Assembly (NCBI RefSeq): GCF_009914755.1
Contig: NC_060942.1
DNA: 64,000 nt
Source: the human T2T-CHM13v2.0 reference genome, Homo sapiens
Direction: 5' to 3' (one strand)
Shown: piece by piece, positions 13,770 to 25,865 of the stretch
How the letters are laid out: each line of letters begins with the position of its first letter
How positions within the stretch are numbered: the stretch's first letter is position 1
Notes under the pieces: generated by a model
Seen by the model: the letters and a program-made list of their open reading frames with translations, nothing else
What the model was told of the DNA's origin: nothing
The model's database searches: none
Program-made: the position numbers and the translations under genes

Positions 13770-14420
13770 CTAATCCAGTTGTAGTATGATGTTGACTTGT
13801 ACACAGAAGAAGGTGATAATGTTAGTGATTATGAGAAGTGGTCAGATTCTGAACATATAGTTTTCTGGAGGAAGAGCCAACAAGATTCTCATGTATTTGC
13901 TATTATTATATGGGGAGAAAAAGAAAAGAACAATCATAACTTCAAGGTCTTGCATGAAAAACAGAATGGATGTAGTTGTCATTTGCTGAGACCATAAGAA
14001 GAGATTTGGCATAAAACCTCACAGAGTATTTGCTATAATATAATTAAGGTGACTATTAAAACATTGAAGTGGAGAAGCTAAGTAGTTAGTTTTATATGTG
14101 ATTTTAGATTTTAGAGAGAATGTCTAAATGAAAATTTTTAAGAAATATTTTTATATAAATAGAAGTTAAAGACATGATATTGGATGAAATCCACACAGCA
14201 ATGAGAATGAGTAGGGAAAAGGAGGTTGAAGGATTGGTGCCTCATGTACCTTAACATTAAAAATTCAGAAATCTTAGAGAAAATCAGTAGCAAGGACTAA
14301 AAGGCAAAAGAAGAAGAAAAAACAATGTATGCTTTCTTGAGACCAAGTGAAAATAGCATTTTAAGGATGACAAAGTGACCGAATGAATCAACTACTGCTA
14401 AAGTATGATTACAGTATATA
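13770..14420 (-). mobile_element. L2 LINE fragment
   Basis: Purine-rich decayed L2 antisense text (GAAGTGGTCAGATTCTGAACATAT..GGAAGAGCCAACAAGATT). Confidence 0.6.
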
Positions 14421-14899
14421 TCTAATCAGAAGTCATTAAAGAATGTGTTAATCAGAAGTCATTTAAAAGCTTAAATTGTATTTCAATCTCTAATTGACAT
14501 GCTTATCCGCATTAAGCATACCCAAGTCTACTTTTCTGCTTTATGATTCTCCCTCCTTAGTATATTGTTTCTTATAGTTACTAGCTTCATTCATCACCGT
14601 GCAAATAATTGACAATTCACTGCACACCTGCTTTTACACTAAAATTAGCCTTGCAAAACTGTTAAGTTACTGCTGTTGAATCCAAATTAATCTTAACAGG
14701 CCTCCTACTAAGTAGCATTTTCTACAGGTAATTTTTTTCTTAACCTATTTCCTTTTCTTGTTCTCTGTGTTATTTTGATTCTTTATGTGCTCACCTGGTT
14801 TTCCCCTTAACTCTCCTTTTGTCAAATAGAAGAGCTCATAAGCTCTATTTTCAAGGAGTTTCTTTCTTTTTTTTTTCACTGTCTTAACTGTAACATTTG

Positions 14900-15760
14900 A
14901 CAGGGCTCTTTCTTATGTTATTCCTTTACTTCAATTAATATCTGATGATGACTGCAAACCTCAATCTTATGCCCAGATATGTTTTTTGAGCTTCATACGT
15001 TTACATCCAGAATAATACTAAAAAAGCAAGATGTACAAAACTGAATTTATATTTACCACCCCAAAACTCAACTTGAACATGTTCTTATATTTCTAGTTTC
15101 AATGATCTCTAAGTTTCCAACCCAATGTCCAACTGAGGAACTGAGAAGTTATTATCAATATTTTAAGTTACCTTTCTTTTCCTCTTTTCTTCCATCTCTT
15201 AGTTTTGTTAATTCTGTTTCTTCAATATCACATGAATTATTCTACTTCTCCTGATACTCATGATACCCTACCTCATACCATCATCATCTTCTATTGTGTT
15301 TATAATCTCCCAAGTGGTTTTCCTATCATAATTTCTCCAAATAAAACCAGTAAAACTATGTTTAACAAATAACATTTCAGATCATGTTGAGTCCCCAGGC
15401 CTTTAAAGAGTCTCCACAGCTCATAAAATGAAGTATTAACCCCTTAACTTAACCTGCCAAGCACTTTAAGTTATAGCTCTGACAATGCCTCCATGATGTA
15501 GTCATCATTTTGAAATATATTTTTCCTATCCTCCTATTTCTAGCTCCTTGTTATTTCATCACTATACATATTTTTATTTCCTTGAATGTATTTTGTATAT
15601 CTCACTACCTAGCTTTTAGCATTTTCTTAATCCTATCTCCTCTAATACATTAATTTATTTATTCACTCATTCAATAAATATTTATGAATTTCCTTTAATG
15701 GCCAGGAAACTATGTTTGGTACTGAATATGGTGAGCAAGATTTTGCTCTCATCTCGGATA
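14900..15760. mobile_element. L2 fragments (plus-strand body, then minus-strand 3' end from ~15655)
   Basis: CTGATGACTGCAAACCTCAATCT..CCCAGA; ATTCACTCATTCAATAAATATTTATGAA tail. Confidence 0.6.
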
Positions 15761-15861
15761 TGGAAAGATCTTGGAAATCATTATACCTCATACTTACAAT
15801 AAGAAAGAAGCTGAGCAATTTGAAAATCAACAATTTCTTTTGTACCTGTCAGAAAAGTGAA

Positions 15862-15924
15862 GATATATTAATCAGGGTTCTTCAGAGAAACATAACCAAT
15901 AGGACACAGATCTATATGTCTCTT

Positions 15925-15977
<53 letters not shown>

Positions 15978-16437
15978 CATCCATCCAAACAGGGAATTAT
16001 TTTGTGTGATTATGCAGGCTGAGAAATCCCAAGATCTGCTCCCTGTAAACTAGAGATTCAAGAAACTGATAGTATAGTTCCAGTCCAAGTCTAAAGACCT
16101 TAGAATTAGGAAAACTGATACTATAAATACCAGTGTAAGTCTGAAAGCCTGAAAACCAATAGTGCCATTGAAAGGGCAGAAGACTGATGTCCCAGTTCAA
16201 GCAGGCAAAGTTAGAGAAGCCTCATTTTCTGCAACATTGTTCTATTCAGACCCTTGATGGATTGGACGATGTCCACCCACATTTGGGAGAATTAGCTGCT
16301 TTACTCACTCTTTGGATTCAAACACTAATATGCTTTAGAGACAACCTCACAGGTACATGCAGAAATAATATTTAATTAAGTATCTAAGCACTCAGTGACA
16401 TAATACAGTTGACAGACACATCAATGTAACCATCATA
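15862..16437 (-). mobile_element. MLT2 (B/C/D-like) ERV-L LTR
   Basis: TATTAATCAGGGTTCTTCAGAGAAACATAACCAATAGGA ... GCAGGCTGAGAAATCCCAAGATCTG ... AACCATCATA; abuts ERV-L internal sequence. Confidence 0.88.
15926..15985. repeat. (TATC)13(CATC)2 tetranucleotide STR inside the MLT2 LTR
   Basis: Directly counted. Confidence 0.95.
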
Positions 16438-17885
16438 AGTGCACACGTTGCCAACTTGGCACCCATATGCATCTCCCTAAAACATACTTAATCTTTAAAT
16501 AAATACAATAACATAACTACAGTTCCAGTAAACATAATAAAATTGTCCCACATACAACTGAAAACGCACTAGTCCCTTTCCCAGAAGAAGTAAAGCCCTT
16601 ATGTGACATTTACTCGTCTTGCTATCCTGTAACTGAAATACTGTAATGCTATAGTTTTGATGTTTGATCCTCAAAAATCATGTCGCAATTTGATCCTCAA
16701 TGTTGGAGGTAGGGCCTGGTGGGAGATATATGGGTTGTGGGGATGGATTCCTCACGAGTGTCTTGTGCCATTCTCATGGGAATGAGTGAGTTGTCACTTT
16801 CAGTTCCTGCAATAACTGAGTGTTAAAAAGAGTCTGGCATGTCCTTTGCCCTCACTTTCTCTTTTGCCAGCTGATTTCTGAATGCTGGCTCCCCTTTGCC
16901 TTCCACCATGAGTAGAAACAGCCTGAAGCCCTTAGCAGAAGCAAATGCTGGTGCCATACTTCTTATGCAGCCTGCAGAACCATGAGCCAAATAAACTGTT
17001 TTTTTTTTCTTCAAAAATTGTCCAGCCTCAGGCATTCCTTCATAGCAACACTAATGGACTAAGATGCATGATGTAAAATTGACAAAAGTTATACACCATA
17101 ATATGAAGTCTATACAGTTCATGTTACGTGATAAGGAAGCGAGAGAGAAAAGAAAAATATATTATATACACACATATACACCCACATACATATTCATAAA
17201 AAATGAGGAAATACTTATACAAATAACAGTCCTCATCTCTGTAATAGGTCATGTGCTCATAACTTACATTTAAGGCTTCTTCTTCCATTGTGTATTCCTT
17301 AATCTTCAGCAAGCACCTCAGCTGGTTATGGGTCTTTATCTGATGGCCTCAAAACCTTCATTCCTGAAGGGTCTGGGCCACTAGTAGTCCTACCTGAATT
17401 TGCTTCAGTGACCTGCTTAATAATACTAAGAGACACCCTAATTGATCTCTTGTTGTGTAGACACACTCTTCCTTACTACCACTGTAAAGCAGTGGTCCAA
17501 TTTCCTTTTGATGATCAGGATCAATCACCCCAGCTAGCATAGTAATACCCTTCTTTGCCTGTGGATTCAAAGGCATGAGGGACCCAAAGTGAACATATGG
17601 CAGTCTTCATTTCCAGATCAATAAAATCATTGTTGTATCTTCTGGTAGAAACATTTTTCTCTCCGGAAATGACACCTCCAGGCCAGCAGATCATAAAGTA
17701 TTGAGAACAGGGAACAAACATTTTGTTACTGGGTCATTAGGGGAGATAGTGAGTGGCACCACACCTATTTCCACATGTTGATTCCTGAACCCATGAGTCC
17801 TGGCTACAAAGAAAATAAAAGAACACTATATACTGCATGCTAATTCAGACCATATATTATCTTCTGTAGAACCTTGTCCTAGGCC
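16438..17885 (-). mobile_element. ERV-L internal fragment (integrase end, dUTPase, 3' region)
   Basis: Minus-strand translation ...PEDTTMILLIWK*RLPYVHFGSLMPLNPQAKKGITMLAGVIDPDHQKEIGPLLYSGSKEE matches the ERV-L dUTPase pattern (GVIDPDY.GEIGLLL.NGGKEE). Confidence 0.88.
16647..17066 (+). mobile_element. MST (B/C-like) solo LTR inserted in the ERV-L internal region
   Basis: TGCTATAGTTTTGATGTTTG...AATGTTGGAGGTAGGGCCTGGTGGGAG ... CAGCCTGCAGAACCATGAGCCAAATAAAC ... GGACTAAGA. Confidence 0.9.
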
Positions 17886-17894
17886 TGAAAGGCA

Positions 17895-20335
17895 TTGCCA
17901 ATTTTAATAAGTAAGCATATGAAAACATATTCAACATCATATGTCATCAGGAAACTGGAAGCTGAAGCAATAATGAGGTGCCACTACAAGCCTATTAGAA
18001 TGGCTCATTCAAAAAACACTGACAATGCCAAATGTTGGCAACCATATGGAGCAACAGGAACTCTCATTGATGGAAACGAAAAGTGGAACAGCCACTTTGG
18101 AGTCAAAGATAAACATAGTCTTATCAAAAATCAATCAATTGTGCTCCAAAGTAATTTACCAACAGATTTGGAAACTTGTGCCCATAGAAAAACCTTCAGG
18201 TGAATGTTAATAGTAGCTTTATTCATAATGGCTAAAAATGGGAAGAAACCGAAAAGATTCTTTAATAGGATATGTATTATATGTGTTCTATTATATGTGT
18301 TCTATTGTATCAAAAAGATCCTTTAATAGGATATGTATTATATGTGTTCTATTGTAAAAACTGATTTTTCTATAATACATACATACAATTAAATACTATA
18401 TTATAGAAAAATAGTTTTTCCATAATACATACATACAATTAATTATTGTTCCAGGATAAACAGAAATAAGCTATAAAGCCACAAAAAGAATTGGAAGAAC
18501 CTTAAATCTGTATTCCTACTTGAAAAAAGCCAATATGAAAAGGCTAATTTTTTATTCTAATTATATGACTTTTGAAAAGGCAAAACTATTGGAACAATAA
18601 AATAATCATTGGATACAGAGAATTTGAGAGAGAGAGCGAGAAAGAGAGAAAGAGGGGTGAATATGTGAAGCAGAGGGGTGTTTTAGGCAGTAAAGACTGT
18701 GAAGATCTACACATGACATTCTTGTGGAACCCATAGAACTGTACAGCTAAAGATTAAATTCTAATCTGTACAAATTTAAAAAATCACTTAGAAGGTTAGA
18801 GGATTCCAGGAAATTATGCAAATGGCAACAGAAAATTTACTATGAAACAACCTTATTGAAGGAGGTGGCAACAATGACATTGACCTAAGTAAATTTAGAA
18901 CTGAGTCAGTCAGGAAGATGAAATGCAAAAGGAACCTCACCTAAGCACTGTACTCTAGGTGATAAAGATGTTTTCTACAAGTTATGGCTTAAACATTTTG
19001 AAACCACCACACATGCACATAACATTAAATAATTATGTGAATGGATGCAAGATCATGGAAAACAACTTTCTTACAGTTGGAGTGGGAATTGACAGATGGA
19101 CAAAGGATGAAGTCAAGAATGATTCAGACACAGATTATTATATCTGTATTTATAGATGTGTGTATATACATGGGTTAGTATACACACATATATTTCTGTG
19201 CTCTGTCAACCCAACAAGCCTAAAAGAAATGGCACTGCAGTAGCAACAAGCACACCTAGGACCCTAGATATTGATTTCTAATGTCAGAGTAAGAAAATGC
19301 TAAACACACTGACGGTGGTATGTCAAAATGTTCAGAGTAACCAACTGGAATATTTTTTCAGCGTTTAAAGCTGGACAAACTTCAACAATAAAATAAATCA
19401 AGTATAACTGGATTATAACACAAAGTATAAGTTAAATATCCATAAGTTTATATGATATAAATAAATGTCTGAATAAATTCATTAATAAAGGAAAGAAACA
19501 TCTCCCATGCAGAATTCCAAATAATTTCTCTAGTCTGTATTCAAGTAGGAAAAGCATAACTTCCGACTTCTTAGATGTGTGCTATGCATAGTGATTTCCT
19601 TCCAAAGAATACAGTAATGAAAAGGCGGTGGTAGGAGTCACTTTAGAGTAGAGAAACATAATAAACACTATCTCAGCCTGGTGATCAAAGCCAACATCAA
19701 CAGTAATAAGTCATGTTGACAGTATGTACCCTTGATATGATGGAATGAAAATAGAACTTTACCTCTTTGGTTTTCCTCCTAAACACAGTGTTAATATGAG
19801 AAAAACATAAGACAAATCTCAATAGTGGGTGTTCTACATAATATCTCCTCAGTACTCTTCAAAACTGCATCACTAACAAAAACAAAAATCCCAGTAGCAA
19901 CAAGCACACCTTGGACTGAGATCTTGGTTTCAAATACCATTCTCCACTAAAAGGATCCAGGGCTCCTTGGAAAAATTGCTGGTTCTATTACCGGGGCAAG
20001 AAATAGAAAAAATGAGCCTAGAATTTTTCTTTCCAGAAAAGTCTGAGCAACTTCTATGGCCAACAGGGGCCTACGGAGGCATGGTAACTAATGGCAGTTT
20101 GGATCCTAGATGGAATTCTAGAACAGAAAAAAAAAATAGCAGGTGAAAAGTGAAGAAATTAGAAACAACCATGGATCTCAGTTAATAATAATATATCAAT
20201 TTTGTTTCATTAATGGTAATATACGTATTATATTTATGTAGGATGTTAATAATGGGAAAACTGTGTGGGGTATATGGAAACTCTCTACTATCTCTTCAAT
20301 TTTCTGTAAATTTAAAACTGTTCTTAAAAAACAAA
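17895..20335 (+). mobile_element. L1MC-type element: ORF2 C-terminus plus long 3'UTR
   Basis: ORF 17895-18203 KHMKTYSTSYVIRKL..MRCHYKPIRMA..KCW matches the L1 ORF2p C-terminus; ends GGTATATGGAAACTCTCTACTATCT..TTTTCTGTAAATTTAAAACTGTTCTTAAAA. Confidence 0.88.
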
Positions 20336-20340
20336 GTCTT

Positions 20341-21312
20341 CACATGCTTGCCAGCATCGATTATTTCATGTCTTTTTGACAAAAGCTATTTTACCTGGAG
20401 TGAGATGATAGCTCTCTGTAGTTTTGATTTGCATTTCTCTGATGATTAGTGATGTTGAACATTTTCTTATATACTCATTGGCTGTTTGTATGTCGTCTTT
20501 TGACAAATGTCTATTCAGATCTTTGGCCTGTGTTTTAGTTGGATTATTTGGGGAATCCTCAATTACTGTCGGTGGGGATGTAAATTAGTACAGACACTAT
20601 GGAGAACAGTATGAAGACACCTCAAAAAAGTAAAAATTGAGCTATCATATAATCCAGCAATCCCGTTGCTGTGTATATATCCAAAAAAAAAGGACATTTG
20701 TATATTGAAAAGGTATCTTCACTCCCATATTTATTGCAACACTAATCACAATAGCCAAGATGGGTAAAGAAAATGTGGTACCTATACACAATGAAATATT
20801 ATTCAGCCATTAAAAAAGAATGAAATCTTGTTATTTGCAACAACATAAATGGAGCTGGAGGATATTATGTTAGGTGAAATAAGTCAGACACAGAAAGACA
20901 CATATTGCATGTTCATTTATTTGGAGCAAAAAAAAAAATTGTTGAAATCATGGAGATAGAGTGTAGAATGATAGCTACAAGAGGCTGGGAAAGGTAGTGG
21001 GGAGAAGGGGACAATAAGGGGAAGCTTACTGGGTACAAAAATATGGTTAGATAGAAGGAATAAAATCTAGTGTTCAGCAGCACGATGGGGAATGTCATTA
21101 TCAATTTTTTTTTGTACATTTCAAAATAACTCAAAGAGTGGACTTGAAATATTCTTATCACAAAGAAATAGTAAGTGCTTCAGGTGATGAATATCCCAAT
21201 TACCTTGACCATTATATATTTATTTTTGTATCAAAATACCACATGTACCGCATAATAAGGTACAACTACTATGTGTCCATAATACTTAGAAATAAAAAAA
21301 ATTAACAAAATA
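20341..21312 (+). mobile_element. L1MA 3' insertion with 5' inversion (inverted 20341-20550, sense 20551-21312)
   Basis: Antisense then sense L1 segments that are nearly contiguous in the L1 consensus; A-rich tail; TSD-like AAAGTCTT on both sides. Confidence 0.85.
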
Positions 21313-21713
21313 AAAAAGTCTTTTTAAAAATTAAATGAGAAAAAATCGAATGGCTTCCTTTTTGCAGGCAGCCATTTAAAATAACTTTAAGCCCAGAGGT
21401 ATGGAAAATCATCTTTCAAATACTTATTTCTATATAAAATATGAACAGAAGTAAGAATTATGATATTGTGGAAAGCAAAGTGTTCTGAAATCTAAAGAGT
21501 AGGTTCCTTTGGCTATATCTAAAAGAATGAGACAACAGAAGCACATGAAATGCCTGGCGTGACAGATGCAATGGAGACCGTGCAAGTCTTAAGACATTGT
21601 AGAGCATTTTCTAAAAACAATAGGAAGCTATCAGAAGGGTAAGACTTGCACTTGGAACTATTCAACAGAAGTTGTCGAGAAGGTCACACTTTCATTTTAA
21701 AAATAATACTCTC

Positions 21714-21994
21714 AGCCGGGCACGGTGGCTCAGGCCTGTAATCCCAGCACTTTGGGAGGCCGAGGTGGGTGGATCACGAGGTCAGGAGATCGAGACCACC
21801 CTGGCTAACACGGTGAAACTCCATCTCTACTAAAAATACAAAAATATTAGCCGGGCGTGGTGGCGGGCGCCTGTAGTCCCAGTAACTTGGGAGGCTGAGG
21901 CTGGAGAATGGCGTGAACTCAGGAGGCAGAGCTTGCCGTGAGCAGAGATTGCACCACTGCACTCCAGCCTGGGCGACAGAGCGAGACTCCGTCT

Positions 21995-22037
<43 letters not shown>
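21714..22037 (+). mobile_element. AluY with A42 tail
   Basis: Diagnostic GGATCACGAGGTCAGGAGATCGAGACCA..CTGGCTAACACGGTG and GGAGAATGGCGTGAA; TSD AAAAT(A/T)ATACTCT. Confidence 0.95.
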
Positions 22038-22039
<2 letters not shown>

Positions 22040-22568
22040 ATACTCTTGCTACATTTGTAGATAACATTGGAGGGAAGCCAGAATATATGAAGATTTATTA
22101 GTGATATTACATTAGGCCAGACAAAGATGACAGAAAATTTTTCCAGAATTGTGAAAATGTAAAAATGGAGGCGAAGAGATAACACACACACACAGGCACA
22201 CATATTAAATATAAAATATTGGCATAATGGGGTAATTGAGACATATATAAGAAAACCAAGGTTCCCAGCTTATTTAGCTCATTAATGAAATTCAAATTTA
22301 CTGACAAAGAAAGTATTAGAAAATTAGTGCATTGATTCTAACTCATTCTTTAGATCTCAATGTAAATTCTTCAATTACAATGGGACACTATCACTATGAG
22401 ATAAAAGCATGTGGATTTTGCTCAGTGTTATCTTTCCCTTTTCTGGTATGATACTTGACATAAAGTAGGAGCCCAGAAAAAGTTCATGAATAATAAAAAT
22501 ATGTTTTATGTAAAAGATACATTTGGGCATAGTTTTTGAGTAAGTTTCCAATATATGTTGGCTTTTTA

Positions 22569-22838
22569 AACAAAGTATTTATTTATTTATTTTAGAGACT
22601 GTCTCAATCTGTCACTCAGGTTGGAGTGCAGTAGTATGATCATACCTTACTGCAGCCTTGGATTCCTGGGCACAAGCTTCTACAGTAGCTGGGACCACTA
22701 TTCCCAGCTGTTTATAAATTTTTTGTAGAAATGAGGTCTTGCTAGGTTGCACAGGCTGGTCCTGAACACCTGGCCTCAGGCAATCCTCCTGACTCAGCTT
22801 CCCAAATTACCACAGGCATGAGCCACTGCCTGAGAGCC
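22569..22838 (-). mobile_element. AluJ, degenerate with internal deletions
   Basis: Antisense Alu text; TSD TATGTTG(G/T)CTTTTTAA. Confidence 0.88.
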
Positions 22839-23842
22839 TATGTTGTCTTTTTAAGTTGATCTGTGATATTTCTCTTCAAATTCACCTTTTTGCCTTTCCT
22901 TCCAAACACACAGTTCTAAAAGTTTTTTTTTGTTTTTCTGTTTTTTTTTTTTTCTTTTTTTTCTTTTGGCTTTATATTGCCATTAGAATTGATGTTCATG
23001 GACTTTTGGCACACAATTTTTAAAAAGTAATTTAGATTCAATGCTGAATTATTAAGCATTTCATATTTACATTTGGAAAACTCCTTCCACGATCTTCACT
23101 TGTTTTTGTTATATATCATTGTTATTTGATTTTATTTCTGTTACTGCCACTCTCTTTATAACCTGTTAAAATTATTTGTGTTTTATTTTGAAACTGATGA
23201 TGCAAACATATGAATGTTCATTACATAAGTAGACTACAAATTTTAATTTAACTCAGTACTGAAAATAAACACTCACAAAATATATATTTAAGTTGCCATA
23301 TTACTCAATATTGATTTTTGAATCCTCAATACTAATTTGATTTCCTGTTATTTGCACAAAGTATTTTATTATGTATGAGAAATATTTTGTATCTGGATAT
23401 TTGTTCTTAGACTCTAATAAATAGAGTAAAAGTCTGCTTTTGTAAACACACATCTACTTTCATAAAGATTCTTTTTTTTCGTGTAACTGCTTATAACTCT
23501 ACTCCATTCTAGGTAATCTTAAAATGGGTGTACTATTTCATCAAAAGTCTTATAAACAAAATAGAATTGAATGTGATTTTAATGGAAATCATATATTATG
23601 TTAATAAGTTTTATTTTAATTTTATTTCACAAATTCCAAAGCTTTTGTGATCTCATTTCAATATAATTATGATTATGCTTATAAGGGATGAAATATTTTA
23701 TAATTCAAGTTATTTTTGCATGGCATGTATGTATGTGCTTATCTAAAATTTGCATTCAAATTTAGGCAAATTTATGTTATAAATTTAGGAAAAACAAATG
23801 CTAATAAGATATGACCTATGCCTTTGTGACTGATGCTAATAT

Positions 23843-24026
23843 AGTAGTTCTCAAAGTGTAGCGCACAGACAGCAAGAGCATCACTTATGAAATTGCTAGA
23901 GATGAAAATTTCATAATATCACCATAGACCTATTAAATCAGAAATTTTTATGGTGGAACCTAATGATATGTTTTATTACAAGCTCTCCAGGTCACTGTGA
24001 TAGAGGATAAAGTTTGAGAAATACTA
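23843..24026. mobile_element. MER5A hAT-Charlie DNA transposon
   Basis: Terminal inverted repeats TAGTAGTTCTCAAAGT ... AGTTTGAGAAATACTA; ~185 bp. Confidence 0.85.
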
Positions 24027-24492
24027 TTCTAACAGAATAAATAAAAATAACAATTATAGAAAACTATATTACTAAAAGTAAGACAGTCATAATAGAATTG
24101 TGATTTAAAATACCAATTATATTTCTATTAGAAAGAATCAGAAAATACCTGTGTAAGGAGCACTATTTACACTGCAGAAGTAAAACTGGGAAATCTATCA
24201 TGCACTTTAGGCAGAAAGAATGATACAGTTGGCTGGCTTACATTTATGTGCCAGTGGCCAGTTCCCACGTGTTACAGGCTATATGTGGGAGAATCATGAA
24301 TCAGGCAGGTAAGGCAAATCGAAACATTACTGTGATGAGCTCTGAACATTAAAGTGAAGAATAAAGTCTAGATACTGAATAAAGTTGTGATCCATTTCCT
24401 CTTTGTGAGCATGGATTTATATAATCAAGGTAGTATTTTAGGAAGTGCTATCTGGTATTAGTGTATAAAATAAATAGGACTGAGGGAAGACA

Positions 24493-24518
24493 TAAATAAA
24501 TAAATAAATAAATAAATA
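24493..24518. repeat. (TAAA)n microsatellite
   Basis: Directly visible. Confidence 0.9.
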
Positions 24519-24869
24519 GCTATTTTATTCAAATACATTTTATTTGGCAATGGCATGGATGAGGTGCTAGGAAAATGAGAAAATTGTCTGTCTTTTGCTT
24601 TAATGTCAATGGAATTACATCATCTGAAATAGGCGAGTCGAGATAGAAAAGATTTTTTGATAATACGGGATGTATTTATTCAATTGTAAGTTCAAAACGT
24701 GGTAACAGAGTTGGAAAAGCAGTTAGAATTGGGGTTTCATTAACAGCTAAACTTCTGTCCAAAGGGGTAAAACAGTCCTTTAATATAATAGATTAATTAT
24801 GCTTGTTTTGAATGCTGTCATACAAATACCATCATATATCATACACATTCATGTGTCTGCCCTCTTCAA

Positions 24870-25189
24870 AATTATTATTTTTTGTTTCCATAGGTTATTG
24901 GGGAACAGATGGTGTTTGCTTACATGAGCAAGTTCTTTAGTGATGATTTGTGAGATTTTGGTGTACCTATCACCTAAGCAGTGTACACTGTGTTCAATTT
25001 GTTGTCTTTTATCCCTCACCCCCTTCCCATGCTCTCTCTCTGAGTTCCCAAGGTCCACTGTGCCATTCTTGTGCGTTTGCCTCCTCATAGTTTACTTCCC
25101 ATTATGAGTGAGAACATATGATGTTTGGTTTTCCATTCCTGAGTTACTTCACTTAGAATAAAAGTCTCCAGTCTCCAGGTTGTTGAGAA
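24870..25189 (-). mobile_element. 5'-truncated L1PB/L1MA 3' end inserted in an older L1
   Basis: CATAGGTTATTGGGGAACAG.TGGTGTTTG.TTACATGAG.AAGTTCTTTAGTG; degenerate TSD ATGTGTCTG(CC/GA)CTCTT. Confidence 0.88.
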
Positions 25190-25865
25190 TGTGTCTGGAC
25201 TCTTTATATTGACATTGTGTTTGTGGAATTCTTACATTTTTGCCAGTAATTCTAGATCGATCATTCTTGTTGGCTTTCTTTTTATTTCACTGCATAAATA
25301 AAACATAATCTGTTTATTCATTTTACCCTTCCTGGACACCTGAATTTTACTGTGTTTTAGAAATTGCCTATATTGTTGTGCTAAACATTCTTATAGCTTC
25401 CTTTGGTAAATATTTCTGCACTGTGAATATATTTTGAATGCATTTAAATATATATGAACCCCTGATCACAAGTTATGCATACCTTCTTCTTTAGAAGATA
25501 CTGCCTACCAGTTTTCCACAAAGAATGTACAAATTTACACTCCCATTAGCAGTATATGAGAGTTTCGGTTGCTCTATCTCTTCACCAATATTTCATTTTA
25601 TCTGTCCTTTCCATTCTTCAGTGGGGTTTCAATTGCATTTCCCCCAATGGCTAATAAAATTGAACATATCTTCATATGTGTTTTGGTTCTCTGGTTATCA
25701 TAAAATGCCTGTTCAAGTATTTTGACCAATTTTATTGAGTTGCCTGTGTTTATCTTACTGATATATGAATTACTTTTATATTCTGAAATAAGCCTTTATC
25801 TATATAATGTGAATATATTTTTTATCTCTATCATTTGCATAATATTTTTACTTTGTTAATCTATC
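25190..25865 (-). mobile_element. L1ME 3' fragment
   Basis: AATTTACACTCCCATTAGCAGTATATGAGAGTT; AATTGCATTTCCCC.ATGGCTAAT. Confidence 0.75.

Noticed and set aside
15712-16053. 113-aa ORF with SIYL repeats
   Set aside because: Translation of the (TATC)n microsatellite in the MLT2 LTR.
21774-22203. ORFs with poly-K or poly-F
   Set aside because: Alu body and poly(A) translations.
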